64,000 nucleotides of DNA from a virus: positions 46,228 to 110,227 of the IMG/VR virus record IMGVR_UViG_3300031949_000008; one strand, given 5' to 3'. The notes beneath the pieces were generated by a model. It was not told the origin of the DNA. It saw only the letters and a list, made by a program, of their open reading frames with translations, and made no database searches. This document shows positions 19,255 to 28,680 of this stretch, in pieces; within the stretch, counting starts at the first letter, position 1, and each line of letters opens with the position of its first letter. The position numbers and the translations under genes are program-made.

Positions 19255-19971
19255 CTAGCAGATTCTATAAATATTAAGGAAGTTACGGTCTGAACCTCCT
19301 ACTAATACAATACTTGTTGTACGTGAATGTGTTACTTTTACCTTTATTTTATCTCCAGCTATTAATGATAAAATAGTTGTAATTCCCTGATACAATTCAT
19401 CAGATGATAATGTGTAACAATATGTCACAGGAGATGTTTGTAATATATCACTAGAATTATATTGCTCAATTAACATATTAATTGCAATAGCACCAATAGC
19501 AGTAAAACTTGCCTGTGCACGAATAAAATAGAATCCAGCAGCTTTAGCTATAAATGTATAGGTTGTATTATTATATTCATCCAAATTATCTATAGATTCT
19601 GTATCAAATGGAATAAGTCCAGTTGTTCCAGCAGTAATAAGATAATCTGTACTACGATATGCTATTACTTCACTATGATTCAATAAATTTATCTGTTGCC
19701 AAGTAGCTCCAGTAAATACATTAGATACTCCTAATACTGTATCTTGTGCCATCGCTCCTGTTGAAGGATCTGTAATAGCCGTGATACCAGATGTTGTAGT
19801 AGATGTTATAACAGGTAAAATACCAGGTTTATGTCGCCCAGATAATACAACAGTTAATCCATTATGCTCTAATGCACTCATATCTTCAATAGCTGTCCAA
19901 TTACCTACATAGATACTAGAAATATCTACAATAAATGAACCTGTGGTAGGTACTGTTTTACTCCATGCCAT
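19255..19971 (-). CDS. Tail appendage protein with C1q-like domain (paralog 2)
   Basis: NWTAIED..H...SGRH.PG N-terminus; IPFDTESIDNLDEYNNTTYTFIAKAAGFY. Confidence 0.6.
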   Translation of the reverse strand: MAWSKTVPTTGSFIVDISSIYVGNWTAIEDMSALEHNGLTVVLSGRHKPGILPVITSTTTSGITAITDPSTGAMAQDTVLGVSNVFTGATWQQINLLNHSEVIAYRSTDYLITAGTTGLIPFDTESIDNLDEYNNTTYTFIAKAAGFYFIRAQASFTAIGAIAINMLIEQYNSSDILQTSPVTYCYTLSSDELYQGITTILSLIAGDKIKVKVTHSRTTSIVLVGGSDRNFLNIYRIC

Positions 19972-19978
19972 AATAATC

Positions 19979-20692
19979 CTAAGATAATCTTATAATATGT
20001 AAACTTGCATTTACAAGTGTAATAGAAGATGTATGTTCCTGATAACCATATAGTTCAATTTCATCACCTGTTACCAATGATAAAATATCTGCTACATCTA
20101 CATTTCGCATGGCTGCACCATAAAGCACTGATTTACTCCATAGTATACTATTTAAACCTATTGCAATACCTTTTTGATAATTTAGTACTGTTTCATGAGG
20201 AAAACGAATACTAGCTTTAATAAAATAAATACCAGTATTAAGTACAGTAAAACGTCTTGTAGTAGAATTAAATTCTGACAAGGTATCATAATATACTCCA
20301 CTAGTAGCACCTGCTGATGTTAACTTTGTCCATGCACTAGTAGGAATTGTCTGTTCATTAAAAACTACTCGTAATCTAGAATATTTATTAGCTGTAAGTT
20401 GTCCCCATCCAGTTGATCGATAAATTAAAGTTTGTCCATTGGTAGTATCGTAACCAATAGCTCCAGTTCCTGGTGATGTTGCTGTTGTAATAGTAGTATT
20501 AGTATCTACAAGAAGTATTCCAGATTTACCTGCAATATGTTGTCCACTGCCGCCGCTGGTAAAAGTTTGATGATCAATATCCCACCAATCCTCAATAGCT
20601 TTCCAATTATTTCTAATTTGAGAATTAGGATCATCTGCAACTGATCCACTCACTGATGTTGAACCTAGCGGAAAATTAGCATTCCAAGTCAT
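19979..20692 (-). CDS. Tail appendage protein with C1q-like domain (paralog 1)
   Basis: NWKAIED...H...SGQHIAG N-terminus; YDTLSEFNSTTRRFTVLNTGIYFI. Confidence 0.6.
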   Translation of the reverse strand: MTWNANFPLGSTSVSGSVADDPNSQIRNNWKAIEDWWDIDHQTFTSGGSGQHIAGKSGILLVDTNTTITTATSPGTGAIGYDTTNGQTLIYRSTGWGQLTANKYSRLRVVFNEQTIPTSAWTKLTSAGATSGVYYDTLSEFNSTTRRFTVLNTGIYFIKASIRFPHETVLNYQKGIAIGLNSILWSKSVLYGAAMRNVDVADILSLVTGDEIELYGYQEHTSSITLVNASLHIIRLS

Positions 20693-20695
20693 ATA

Positions 20696-21046
20696 TTAGT
20701 TCTCTAGATAATGTTTTATATTCTCTATTTTGTCTATATAAGGTTCAAAATGACCAAGCATTAAATTACATGCACGATGTAAAAGTCCTCGTATTTTATT
20801 AGTATCATGGTCATGGTCTACAACAGCTGAAGAAAAGTCAAGAGGTTGTTCACAAATAGGGCATATCCCATTTTGAGATTTCCATATATTCATATACTCA
20901 TCTTGTGTTAGACCATAGGAATATAATATTTTACGCCATTTGTTATAATCTTTATTTGCAACATACCATTTACGAGAATTTTTGGTAATTTTATCTTTAT
21001 GTTCTTTATAATATTGTTTTGCTTCTATTTTAGTTTTGAAGGGCAT
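20696..21046 (-). CDS. Endonuclease VII-type HNH homing endonuclease
   Basis: YGLT...Q..CPIC...VDHDH...IRGLLHRACN..LG. Confidence 0.8.
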   Translation of the reverse strand: MPFKTKIEAKQYYKEHKDKITKNSRKWYVANKDYNKWRKILYSYGLTQDEYMNIWKSQNGICPICEQPLDFSSAVVDHDHDTNKIRGLLHRACNLMLGHFEPYIDKIENIKHYLEN

Positions 21047-22035
21047 TATTTATTTTCCCACCGTGTATTTAATTTCATAAGTAAAGGAAATAATTTCTTA
21101 AATTCTTCACAAAAAGGACTCTTATGTCCATACTCACCAAAGGTGAGCTTTTGAACATAAGGGCATCCAGCCTGACAAAGAGTTACCCATTCACAGTCAT
21201 GACATTCTGGTATATTCTTAGCACTCCATCTTTGAGGACATTTTAAATCACTCCAATGTATATGAGTATCTATATGTCCAATTACTGTATCTTTGTCAGG
21301 ATTACAACTTCTTAATGTTCCATCAGGATCTATAATCACTAACCACCGACCACAGGAATACGGATTTTTCACACTTTTCCAAGATGGGTATGTAGATTCC
21401 ACAATCCAGTTAGGCCAGATTGGTCGTGGAGAGGCCAATAAAATTTCTAAAACTTCCTTCATTTGCTTTCCATATTCTTTTACATATTCAGAATCTTTTC
21501 CACCATCATATAATCTATTAATTCTCATTTGACAATGATGCTTAACTGCCAATTGAGCTAAATTAGTAATCCTTGGCATGTTAACTTTATTCAATACTAT
21601 TGAAAGAGTACAACCACCACATATGGCTTTAATCTGGCAAATTTTATCTTCTATTCGTGCCAAACTGTCATATGTGGGATTCAGTGCTATTTTTATTCTT
21701 CGCACTTTAAATACTTTTAAAATATCCTTTGTTAAAAGATCACCATTTGTATGAAATATATGACCATCAGGAGGTAGAGGTGTCACCCACCCTATGTTCG
21801 ATTCCATCTGGTCTACTAGATATAATACAGTATCTACAACATTTAATGGTTCTCCACCAAGAAATGACACCCTGAGATGTTCAACTTTCTCTTCAATACA
21901 AATATTTTTAAGCCAATTAATTGCTTTATCTGCTATTTCTATAGACATATTTTCATTGACTGATGGATTGTAGCAACCATCACATCCCCTATGACATATA
22001 TTTGTAGGAAAAAAGAATACCATTAAATTATGCAT
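21046..22035 (-). CDS. Radical SAM/SPASM-domain protein (2)
   Basis: CHRGCDGC, FLGGEPL, HTNG, SCG...DPDGTLRSC, C-terminal CHDC.....CQAGC. Confidence 0.9.
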   Translation of the reverse strand: MHNLMVFFFPTNICHRGCDGCYNPSVNENMSIEIADKAINWLKNICIEEKVEHLRVSFLGGEPLNVVDTVLYLVDQMESNIGWVTPLPPDGHIFHTNGDLLTKDILKVFKVRRIKIALNPTYDSLARIEDKICQIKAICGGCTLSIVLNKVNMPRITNLAQLAVKHHCQMRINRLYDGGKDSEYVKEYGKQMKEVLEILLASPRPIWPNWIVESTYPSWKSVKNPYSCGRWLVIIDPDGTLRSCNPDKDTVIGHIDTHIHWSDLKCPQRWSAKNIPECHDCEWVTLCQAGCPYVQKLTFGEYGHKSPFCEEFKKLFPLLMKLNTRWENK

Positions 22036-22744
22036 TCTGTAACTTCTTTACCTGTTTTGCTGCATTATCCATTTCTTTTATCCAACGTTTAATTGTTTCT
22101 AAACTTCTATTAGGAACTGCACTCATATATGTTACTAAATCCATACTATTATAGATCTCACCATTAAATTCAAGTATAGCAAAATGATTATCATTATATT
22201 TAAAAGGATGGTTTATACTAATATATTTCTGAACATCTGGTGTATCACTTATATATCTTTTACCAATACACGGCATCTTATTCATATCGATAATATCATA
22301 GAAAAATAAAGATGCACTTGATTTAATAGGAACATAAGCATATAAATACTTTGCAATTCCAGATTTAAACATTAAATGAAGAAAATCTGACATTAAATAA
22401 CGCACGTATTTTGTTTGTCGATATTCAGGATATACTAATTTAATATTCTCAAAATCATATTTACCATACCCATCAGGATTGTCTAATATTTCCTGAGATA
22501 AAATACATCCAATACATATATCGTCTTTATACGCATAAATACAATATTTACGATCAATCTGACTTCCTTTATTAATATTTATAGAAGTAGTATGAGTTAA
22601 ATATGTTGGATTATATTTAAAGAACTTTCTTGTGATCTCACGTTCTTCAAGAGAAATATCGTTTACATCTTTATATAATATGTTAGGAAATATAATAATA
22701 CCTTCTGAAGGTAGTAATCTATCCCAATTTTGCAAAAAATACAT
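22028..22744 (-). CDS. GNAT-like acyltransferase (divergent)
   Basis: YAYKDDICIGCI strand followed by motif-A-like LVYPEYRQTKYVRYLM. Confidence 0.45.
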   Translation of the reverse strand: MYFLQNWDRLLPSEGIIIFPNILYKDVNDISLEEREITRKFFKYNPTYLTHTTSININKGSQIDRKYCIYAYKDDICIGCILSQEILDNPDGYGKYDFENIKLVYPEYRQTKYVRYLMSDFLHLMFKSGIAKYLYAYVPIKSSASLFFYDIIDMNKMPCIGKRYISDTPDVQKYISINHPFKYNDNHFAILEFNGEIYNSMDLVTYMSAVPNRSLETIKRWIKEMDNAAKQVKKLQNA

Positions 22745-23375
22745 GTCGTTTGTAGCCCTCTAGATCAGTAATTTCATCTGCTATAGGTGTCATATCGTCT
22801 ATATAACTAACTGGTAGAATTCTATATAATTCAGATTTCTTCAATTCTTTAAAACAAAATTCCATAAATGTATTTGTACATTCTTGTACTATTGCTTTAT
22901 CTTTAGAAGCAATAGCTCGTTCCCAATGTGATTTATCTTTATAATTAAATAATACCTCTCGCGATATAGGTTCCCAATTATATATTACATACCACGAATC
23001 TGCAGAATCATATACAACATCATCTACTAAATAAGCCATTAAATATTCATTAGTTATATGACTATCATTAAAGAATGATTTCATATATCTTGTAGCTGCA
23101 CCAACACTCATTATCTCAACTTTATCTTTTTTATAATGAATAATAGGTGCATCTCTATTAATTGTTAATTCACCTTTAATATAACGACTAATCATATCTT
23201 CTGGTGAATAAGTTGCTAATTTTAAATTAGTATATTTATTAACTAATTCAGTCCAAGGAGCAATAGCTATAAAAAATAAATTATCTCCTTCAGCTTCTGG
23301 AATAGGGTACTTAATATTCTGACGTAAGCGTAGGGCATTTGCAAATGGGTAAATTCTAGGCATCAGTCGCCTCAT
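22719..23375 (-). CDS. Hypothetical protein in the radical SAM operon
   Basis: Translationally coupled to both neighbours; no motif recognised. Confidence 0.55.
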   Translation of the reverse strand: MRRLMPRIYPFANALRLRQNIKYPIPEAEGDNLFFIAIAPWTELVNKYTNLKLATYSPEDMISRYIKGELTINRDAPIIHYKKDKVEIMSVGAATRYMKSFFNDSHITNEYLMAYLVDDVVYDSADSWYVIYNWEPISREVLFNYKDKSHWERAIASKDKAIVQECTNTFMEFCFKELKKSELYRILPVSYIDDMTPIADEITDLEGYKRHVFFAKLG

Positions 23376-24169
23376 TATTTCTCATAGTCTATCTCCTCAA
23401 TTACTATGATGCCTTCATCTGTTGGAAATGTAAACTGTGCAACCTCTAAACGACCTGGAACTAGACCACCTTCAAATACCAAAATATCTTTAATTTTACA
23501 TGTATTTAATACATATGCATCATTTAATTCCTGTACAAGTTTGTCATTTTTACCTATTTTATATCTATCTTTAGCGCCATCAAGCATATATCTTATTCTA
23601 TTTATAAAATTATTATACATAGATGGTATTTTATTAAAAGAACTTTGTTCTCTAATTTTTGTTATTGAACTTTTAATAACTTTAGGAAAGATTTCTATAT
23701 CAACACTATTTCCTAATTTACTCACAGATTTTTGAAAAAATGATGCAATATCTGGTCCTTTGATAATAATATCATTTCTACTAACAGTTGAATGTTGAAA
23801 AGCCATTGCACCCATTACTATAGCAGTAGCTCTTTGAATATAATCATCAGTCAATAAAAAATCTTTATATAATGATACAAATGCAGCAGCTTTTTGAGCC
23901 ATTGGTGCTCTCCAACTTTCGTCTATTTTAAATGCATTTTGATCTTCAACTATAAATCCTTTATCTATAATATCTTGTACCATTTTTTGTGATTTCTTTT
24001 CAGGAGCAAAACCCAAACCTAGTGTTAAATGGTTTAACCAATCACGAGGTCGTCCTACAACTTTTACTACATATGTTCCAGGAAATGTTTTAGCAAAATC
24101 TAATAATGCCTGATGTCCAGCATGTAGACCTTCAGAATGATTTGCTATCGGGACTATTACTCTACCCAT
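23375..24169 (-). CDS. HxGH nucleotidyltransferase-fold, pantoate-beta-alanine-ligase-like protein
   Basis: GLHAGHQALLDFAK; KGPD...VDIEIFPKVI...EQSSFN parallels PanC FGEKD...VEIVGVPTVRE...SSRN. Confidence 0.55.
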   Translation of the reverse strand: MGRVIVPIANHSEGLHAGHQALLDFAKTFPGTYVVKVVGRPRDWLNHLTLGLGFAPEKKSQKMVQDIIDKGFIVEDQNAFKIDESWRAPMAQKAAAFVSLYKDFLLTDDYIQRATAIVMGAMAFQHSTVSRNDIIIKGPDIASFFQKSVSKLGNSVDIEIFPKVIKSSITKIREQSSFNKIPSMYNNFINRIRYMLDGAKDRYKIGKNDKLVQELNDAYVLNTCKIKDILVFEGGLVPGRLEVAQFTFPTDEGIIVIEEIDYEK

Positions 24170-24171
24170 AT

Positions 24172-25392
24172 TTAACCCCTTCGCTCCAGTGCAGAAACAC
24201 GATTATTCAAATCTGATATTAATAATGCTATCGTTTCCAAAGAAATCGTGGGAGGATTGTCTATTACTGGACCTGTATAATGTTCAAAATTGCAAATACA
24301 GTTTTTATCTTGTGATATAGCCTTATCACCTATTTTTTCTTTATAATACATTGATATCTTTTTTTGTACTTCGACATATTTACATAATCCTATATGAGGA
24401 ATTTTTATATCACCAGTAAAGTCAAAGTTGACCGCATAACATCCCGAATTGCAAGGAGTATCTTTAAGCCTTGCACATCCATTACATTGATTATGAGAAA
24501 AATCTATAAATGACTGTCTAAATTCTGATCTAGTAATTCCATGATCAATATGACCAATACAAATTTCTTTATCTTGCCATGCTCGTTTATCGTCAAATTT
24601 GAAAAATCGGTGACAGGGCGCTATGGCTCCATCAATATCTATTCCAACATAATTACGTCCTCCACCACATGGATATTTGCTATTATCAGCTGCCTGATAT
24701 GATTTAAAATGTTCTATTTCAATAATATGACCATTATCACGATAAGTTTTTAATAGATCTACTATCTTATATCCTTGTTCTTCAAAGATTTTCCACTTTT
24801 CATCTGTCCATTTTGTCTCATAAACTGGAGAAAAGATTATAGAATTAAAACCAAAATCGATTAAGTACTTAACATCATTATATAAGTTATGAATGCTATC
24901 AGCCGTGAGGCCTAGTCTTGGTCTATAGAATGGCCATCTCTCTAATACTTTTTCCATATTTTTCATAATGGTAGCATGAGAACCCTGACCATCTTTAAAT
25001 CTTCTATAGAAATCATGTGTTTCTTGTGTACCATCTAAACTGACTAAGAAAAATATCTTATGTTCATCTAAAAAATCAAATTTCTCTTCAGTCAATAATG
25101 TACCATTAGTCGTACCACCAAAAGTAACAGGCACCACAACCTGTACACTTTTCTCCTTTGCGTAAAGAACAATCTTTTGTAATAATGACCACTCTAGTAA
25201 TGGTTCGCCTCCCCAAAAACTAATTTCAACAGGATTAACTTTATCAGCATTTTTGAAAAGAAAATCTACAGCTTTATAAGCAATTTCTTCTGACATACGG
25301 CCAACTCTACATCCATATGTAAAACAGTATGAACATGCTAAGTTACAGTTTCTAGTTAAATTTAATGATGCACGTGTTATTGGATAGTTCAT
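24172..25392 (-). CDS. Radical SAM/SPASM-domain protein (1), peptide-maturase-like
   Basis: CNLACSYC, ISFWGGEPLL, TTNGTLL, VSLDG..ETHD..R, PCGGG...DIDGAIAPCHRF, CNGC......CNSGC. Confidence 0.95.
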   Translation of the reverse strand: MNYPITRASLNLTRNCNLACSYCFTYGCRVGRMSEEIAYKAVDFLFKNADKVNPVEISFWGGEPLLEWSLLQKIVLYAKEKSVQVVVPVTFGGTTNGTLLTEEKFDFLDEHKIFFLVSLDGTQETHDFYRRFKDGQGSHATIMKNMEKVLERWPFYRPRLGLTADSIHNLYNDVKYLIDFGFNSIIFSPVYETKWTDEKWKIFEEQGYKIVDLLKTYRDNGHIIEIEHFKSYQAADNSKYPCGGGRNYVGIDIDGAIAPCHRFFKFDDKRAWQDKEICIGHIDHGITRSEFRQSFIDFSHNQCNGCARLKDTPCNSGCYAVNFDFTGDIKIPHIGLCKYVEVQKKISMYYKEKIGDKAISQDKNCICNFEHYTGPVIDNPPTISLETIALLISDLNNRVSALERRG

Positions 25393-26939
25393 ATAAGTTT
25401 TAAAAGTTCTTCCATAAATTGAGAATTTGTTCCTAATTGTTTTGATAAACTTTGTGGATCTCCTATACGTTGTAATACACCAAATGATGGATTAAGAGAT
25501 GATGGTATCGGAGTCAGTGGTTGTATATCAGATACTTCTCCTAATGAAGTAGATGTTCCTGCTTGTTGTTCTAATACTGATGTTAGTGATTGTGGTTGAC
25601 TTCCTAATGTAGAAGATATTGCTGGTTGTATTTCATTAGTCTTATTAAAAAAAGCTGCTTGTTGTTCTGGAGTCATTTGCCAAAGTGGTGTTGTTATTTC
25701 TTTTGAAACATTATATGCAGCATAAGGATTTGGTGGGCTTTGATACCATCCTCCCTCCATATAAGGCCACATATTTCCCTCAAGATCTGTCTGACGTTGG
25801 GCCTCTGCTGTATATTGATTATACCCACTTTCACTATAAGTAGGATTTGCTACTGTTTGATACCAAGGAATTTTAGATGTATTTTCACCAGATAAAGTAG
25901 GACTTCCTAATAACTGTTCATGAGTACCAGCTACGGTAGTTCCATAATTCAATGCTAATCCAGATTCATTCGTGGGAGATATTCCCTCATATGGATTTCC
26001 TGTCATAGACATTAATAGATTTGAAGGAGCTTCTTTTTGATATTGTTGTTCCCACCAAGATGAAGGCAGATTTGCAACATCACCAGTTCCATATGCTCCT
26101 GTATACATACTTGCTGGACTATATGAAGTCCATCCTTGAGAAGGATCATATACCCAACCAGTTGGCCCACCTCCTGTAGTTGCTCCACGAAGTTGAGACA
26201 TAGCAGTCGTTTCTTCTCCTGTATACATGCCTGTTATTTGGCCATTATTACCTTCTACATACATATTATTCATTTTTGCTATACCATAGATATCATAATC
26301 AGTATAGCCCTGTGCTTTTAATTGTTCAACTCGTTTAGCTCCACTATTGAATATAGGTGTTATTGCCTCACCAATTCTTTTTTGCATTTTTTCATCTCTG
26401 CTACCAAATGCTTCAAATAACATAGCAATTCCAGGCCCGATTAAAGGAATATTACTAGCATAACTAGCATATGGATTAGTGTAATTTTGACCTGCTTCCA
26501 TAGTGACCATAGATTGAAAAGGAGCGATTTGAGATGCAAGACCACTAAAAGTATTTCCCACTACATTTCCTAATACCGTTCCTAATCCTTTACCAATCAA
26601 ATTTCCAGCCATACTATTAACACCTGGGGATATAGTCGCTCCTGTTCCAAGGGCAGGTATATTTAATAGTCCACCAAGAGTACTTGATAATTGTGAAGTC
26701 ATCCAAGGAAGAACAGGATTATCTCCCATTATTCCACCAGCTGATTTAAGTCCTGCTGATCCCAGTAGTCCTAATATACCAGAAAGAGAGAGTTCAGGTG
26801 TAGTTCCACCTAAACCCAATTGAGATGCTAGAGCTTGTATTCCTGTACTACCAGCGTTCTGTCCAACATTAGATAGAACACTATTTAAATAACTTGAAAG
26901 TGATGGTTGTGCTGTCGGAGTTGTATCTGTTATTGCCAT
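25389..26939 (-). CDS. Putative internal virion / ejection-like protein
   Basis: 516 aa, Gly/Ser/Thr/Gln-rich with amphipathic LG repeats. Confidence 0.4.
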   Translation of the reverse strand: MAITDTTPTAQPSLSSYLNSVLSNVGQNAGSTGIQALASQLGLGGTTPELSLSGILGLLGSAGLKSAGGIMGDNPVLPWMTSQLSSTLGGLLNIPALGTGATISPGVNSMAGNLIGKGLGTVLGNVVGNTFSGLASQIAPFQSMVTMEAGQNYTNPYASYASNIPLIGPGIAMLFEAFGSRDEKMQKRIGEAITPIFNSGAKRVEQLKAQGYTDYDIYGIAKMNNMYVEGNNGQITGMYTGEETTAMSQLRGATTGGGPTGWVYDPSQGWTSYSPASMYTGAYGTGDVANLPSSWWEQQYQKEAPSNLLMSMTGNPYEGISPTNESGLALNYGTTVAGTHEQLLGSPTLSGENTSKIPWYQTVANPTYSESGYNQYTAEAQRQTDLEGNMWPYMEGGWYQSPPNPYAAYNVSKEITTPLWQMTPEQQAAFFNKTNEIQPAISSTLGSQPQSLTSVLEQQAGTSTSLGEVSDIQPLTPIPSSLNPSFGVLQRIGDPQSLSKQLGTNSQFMEELLKLI

Positions 26940-26954
26940 ATTATTTTATAATTT

Positions 26955-27431
26955 CTAAATCCACAGTGATCCTACTATTGTATAAACTCGTCCTTGTATT
27001 GAATAAGGAGAATAAGCATCTAGTGTCCAACTTGCTTTCGTTGATGTGGTTATAATATCTCCATTTTTATTGTATCTTGTACCTCCACCAGTAGCACAAC
27101 TAATTGTTCCAGAAGCTTGATAACTACCAATACGATCATTCTTTTCAACCGGTATCCAGCATAACAAATCAGAATTTAATCCTGCGTTAAGAGAATATGC
27201 TGGACTTTCTCCTATAAAAATAAAGTTAGTGCCATCATCTCTAAATATTTTTAATTTAAATACAGTTACATTTGCAACTATATAGACAGAAAATGATTTC
27301 ATTATACCTCTACATTGAGAAATAGAAGCACTATAAGCATCTATAGCTGTAAATGGGCCTCCGGCTTCTCCACGGACTATAGGATCAGAACCAAATAATT
27401 GATAAGACATATTATATTTCTGTCCATTCAA
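26955..27431 (-). CDS. Putative tail fibre-associated protein
   Basis: Overlaps the end of the tail fibre gene; beta-rich. Confidence 0.4.
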   Translation of the reverse strand: MNGQKYNMSYQLFGSDPIVRGEAGGPFTAIDAYSASISQCRGIMKSFSVYIVANVTVFKLKIFRDDGTNFIFIGESPAYSLNAGLNSDLLCWIPVEKNDRIGSYQASGTISCATGGGTRYNKNGDIITTSTKASWTLDAYSPYSIQGRVYTIVGSLWI

Positions 27432-28497
27432 GAGTAAAGAACATTATACTAGCAGTATTTAATAAAGTATCTCCAACTGCCCCAGAGGCGGTACGACTTT
27501 TTCTCATAATTTCCCATACTGAATCATAACCAGAGAGCATTACTGATGGTGTAAAGATAAATGGAGATAAGTTTAAAGCATTAGCTGTTGTACCAGCTGA
27601 CACCGCAGCTGATGATATTTCTGTCAATGCAGAATCAAATATCTGGCCGCCTGATACTCCCACACCATAAATAGTAAATACGACTCCAGCTGGAGATGCA
27701 CTAGTAGTTGATGTTTTCCATCCTATTGTACCAGTCATAGCAGTCTGATTCCAACTACCTAATGTTATAGATGGAGTAAACGCCTTTGTATCATTTCCAC
27801 TTGGAGCATTTATTTGACCATAGTCAAAATTAGTCCCTTCTGTTTGTGCAAAGGCCATCCAAGCAGAAGTAGGTGTTGCTCGTGATTCAAATGCACCAGC
27901 TGGAATTATTACTCTTTTAGCTCCTCCAATACTTGTAGGAGCTACATACGTTCCATCTCCTCTAAAGAAAGTAGTAATATTGCCTGGAAATTTTGGGATT
28001 AAACCATGTGCTCCAGATGTGACATTTAAATCTGTATTGTCATCCGCAGAAGCTAAATCATCTAATTTTATAGAGTCTGCTCCGCCTGATAGATGCTGTG
28101 AGGCATGTGCAGATGCAGCAAAAGCTAATGAATCTAATCCATCTAATAAATTAGAATCATTAGCATTTAAAGAATTTGTAGCTGTTGAAGCACTTAAAGC
28201 ATTCACTGCACAAGTTGCAGAAGCCACTATTGACGTAATCTCTGTTCCTGAATGTGTATGTGCGGATGAAGCAAATGCATCAAAGTCATATCCATCAACT
28301 TTATCTGCATCTAATCCCTTACCTGCTCCTTCACCTGTAAATGTTAGTCCATGTACATTAGAAGTAGCTTGTCGATGTGTCTGTACTAATAATAATTCTG
28401 AATCTGCACACACAAGCCCAGTATCAAATAATGTATATTCTGCTATACCTTGTGCGGCATATGTAGGTCGATAAATAAAAGATGCCCAATTTCCCAT
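27412..28497 (-). CDS. Tail fibre protein
   Basis: DADKVDGYD and NDSNLLDGLDS repeats, AHTH/HASQH motifs, FFRGDGT. Confidence 0.7.
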   Translation of the reverse strand: MGNWASFIYRPTYAAQGIAEYTLFDTGLVCADSELLLVQTHRQATSNVHGLTFTGEGAGKGLDADKVDGYDFDAFASSAHTHSGTEITSIVASATCAVNALSASTATNSLNANDSNLLDGLDSLAFAASAHASQHLSGGADSIKLDDLASADDNTDLNVTSGAHGLIPKFPGNITTFFRGDGTYVAPTSIGGAKRVIIPAGAFESRATPTSAWMAFAQTEGTNFDYGQINAPSGNDTKAFTPSITLGSWNQTAMTGTIGWKTSTTSASPAGVVFTIYGVGVSGGQIFDSALTEISSAAVSAGTTANALNLSPFIFTPSVMLSGYDSVWEIMRKSRTASGAVGDTLLNTASIMFFTLEWTEI

Positions 28498-28509
28498 TAA
28501 TATTAATCC

Positions 28510-28680
28510 TTATATTATTGTCCAATTAGTAATAATTTTTGGTAATGTGTCCCAAGATGTAGTTCCAACAAACCATCCTAATACAAACCAATCTCCTACA
28601 AACCAGTCACCTGCAATAGTAGGTAACTTATCTATTTTTGTAAACCCATCTGCTGATTTGGTTACTTTTGTCCAAGCCAT
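28510..28680 (-). CDS. Small Trp-rich protein (56 aa)
   Basis: Hand translation MAWTKVTK...GDWFVGDWFVLGWFVG...; stop-start coupled to the adaptor gene; not in the ORF track. Confidence 0.55.
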   Translation of the reverse strand: MAWTKVTKSADGFTKIDKLPTIAGDWFVGDWFVLGWFVGTTSWDTLPKIITNWTII

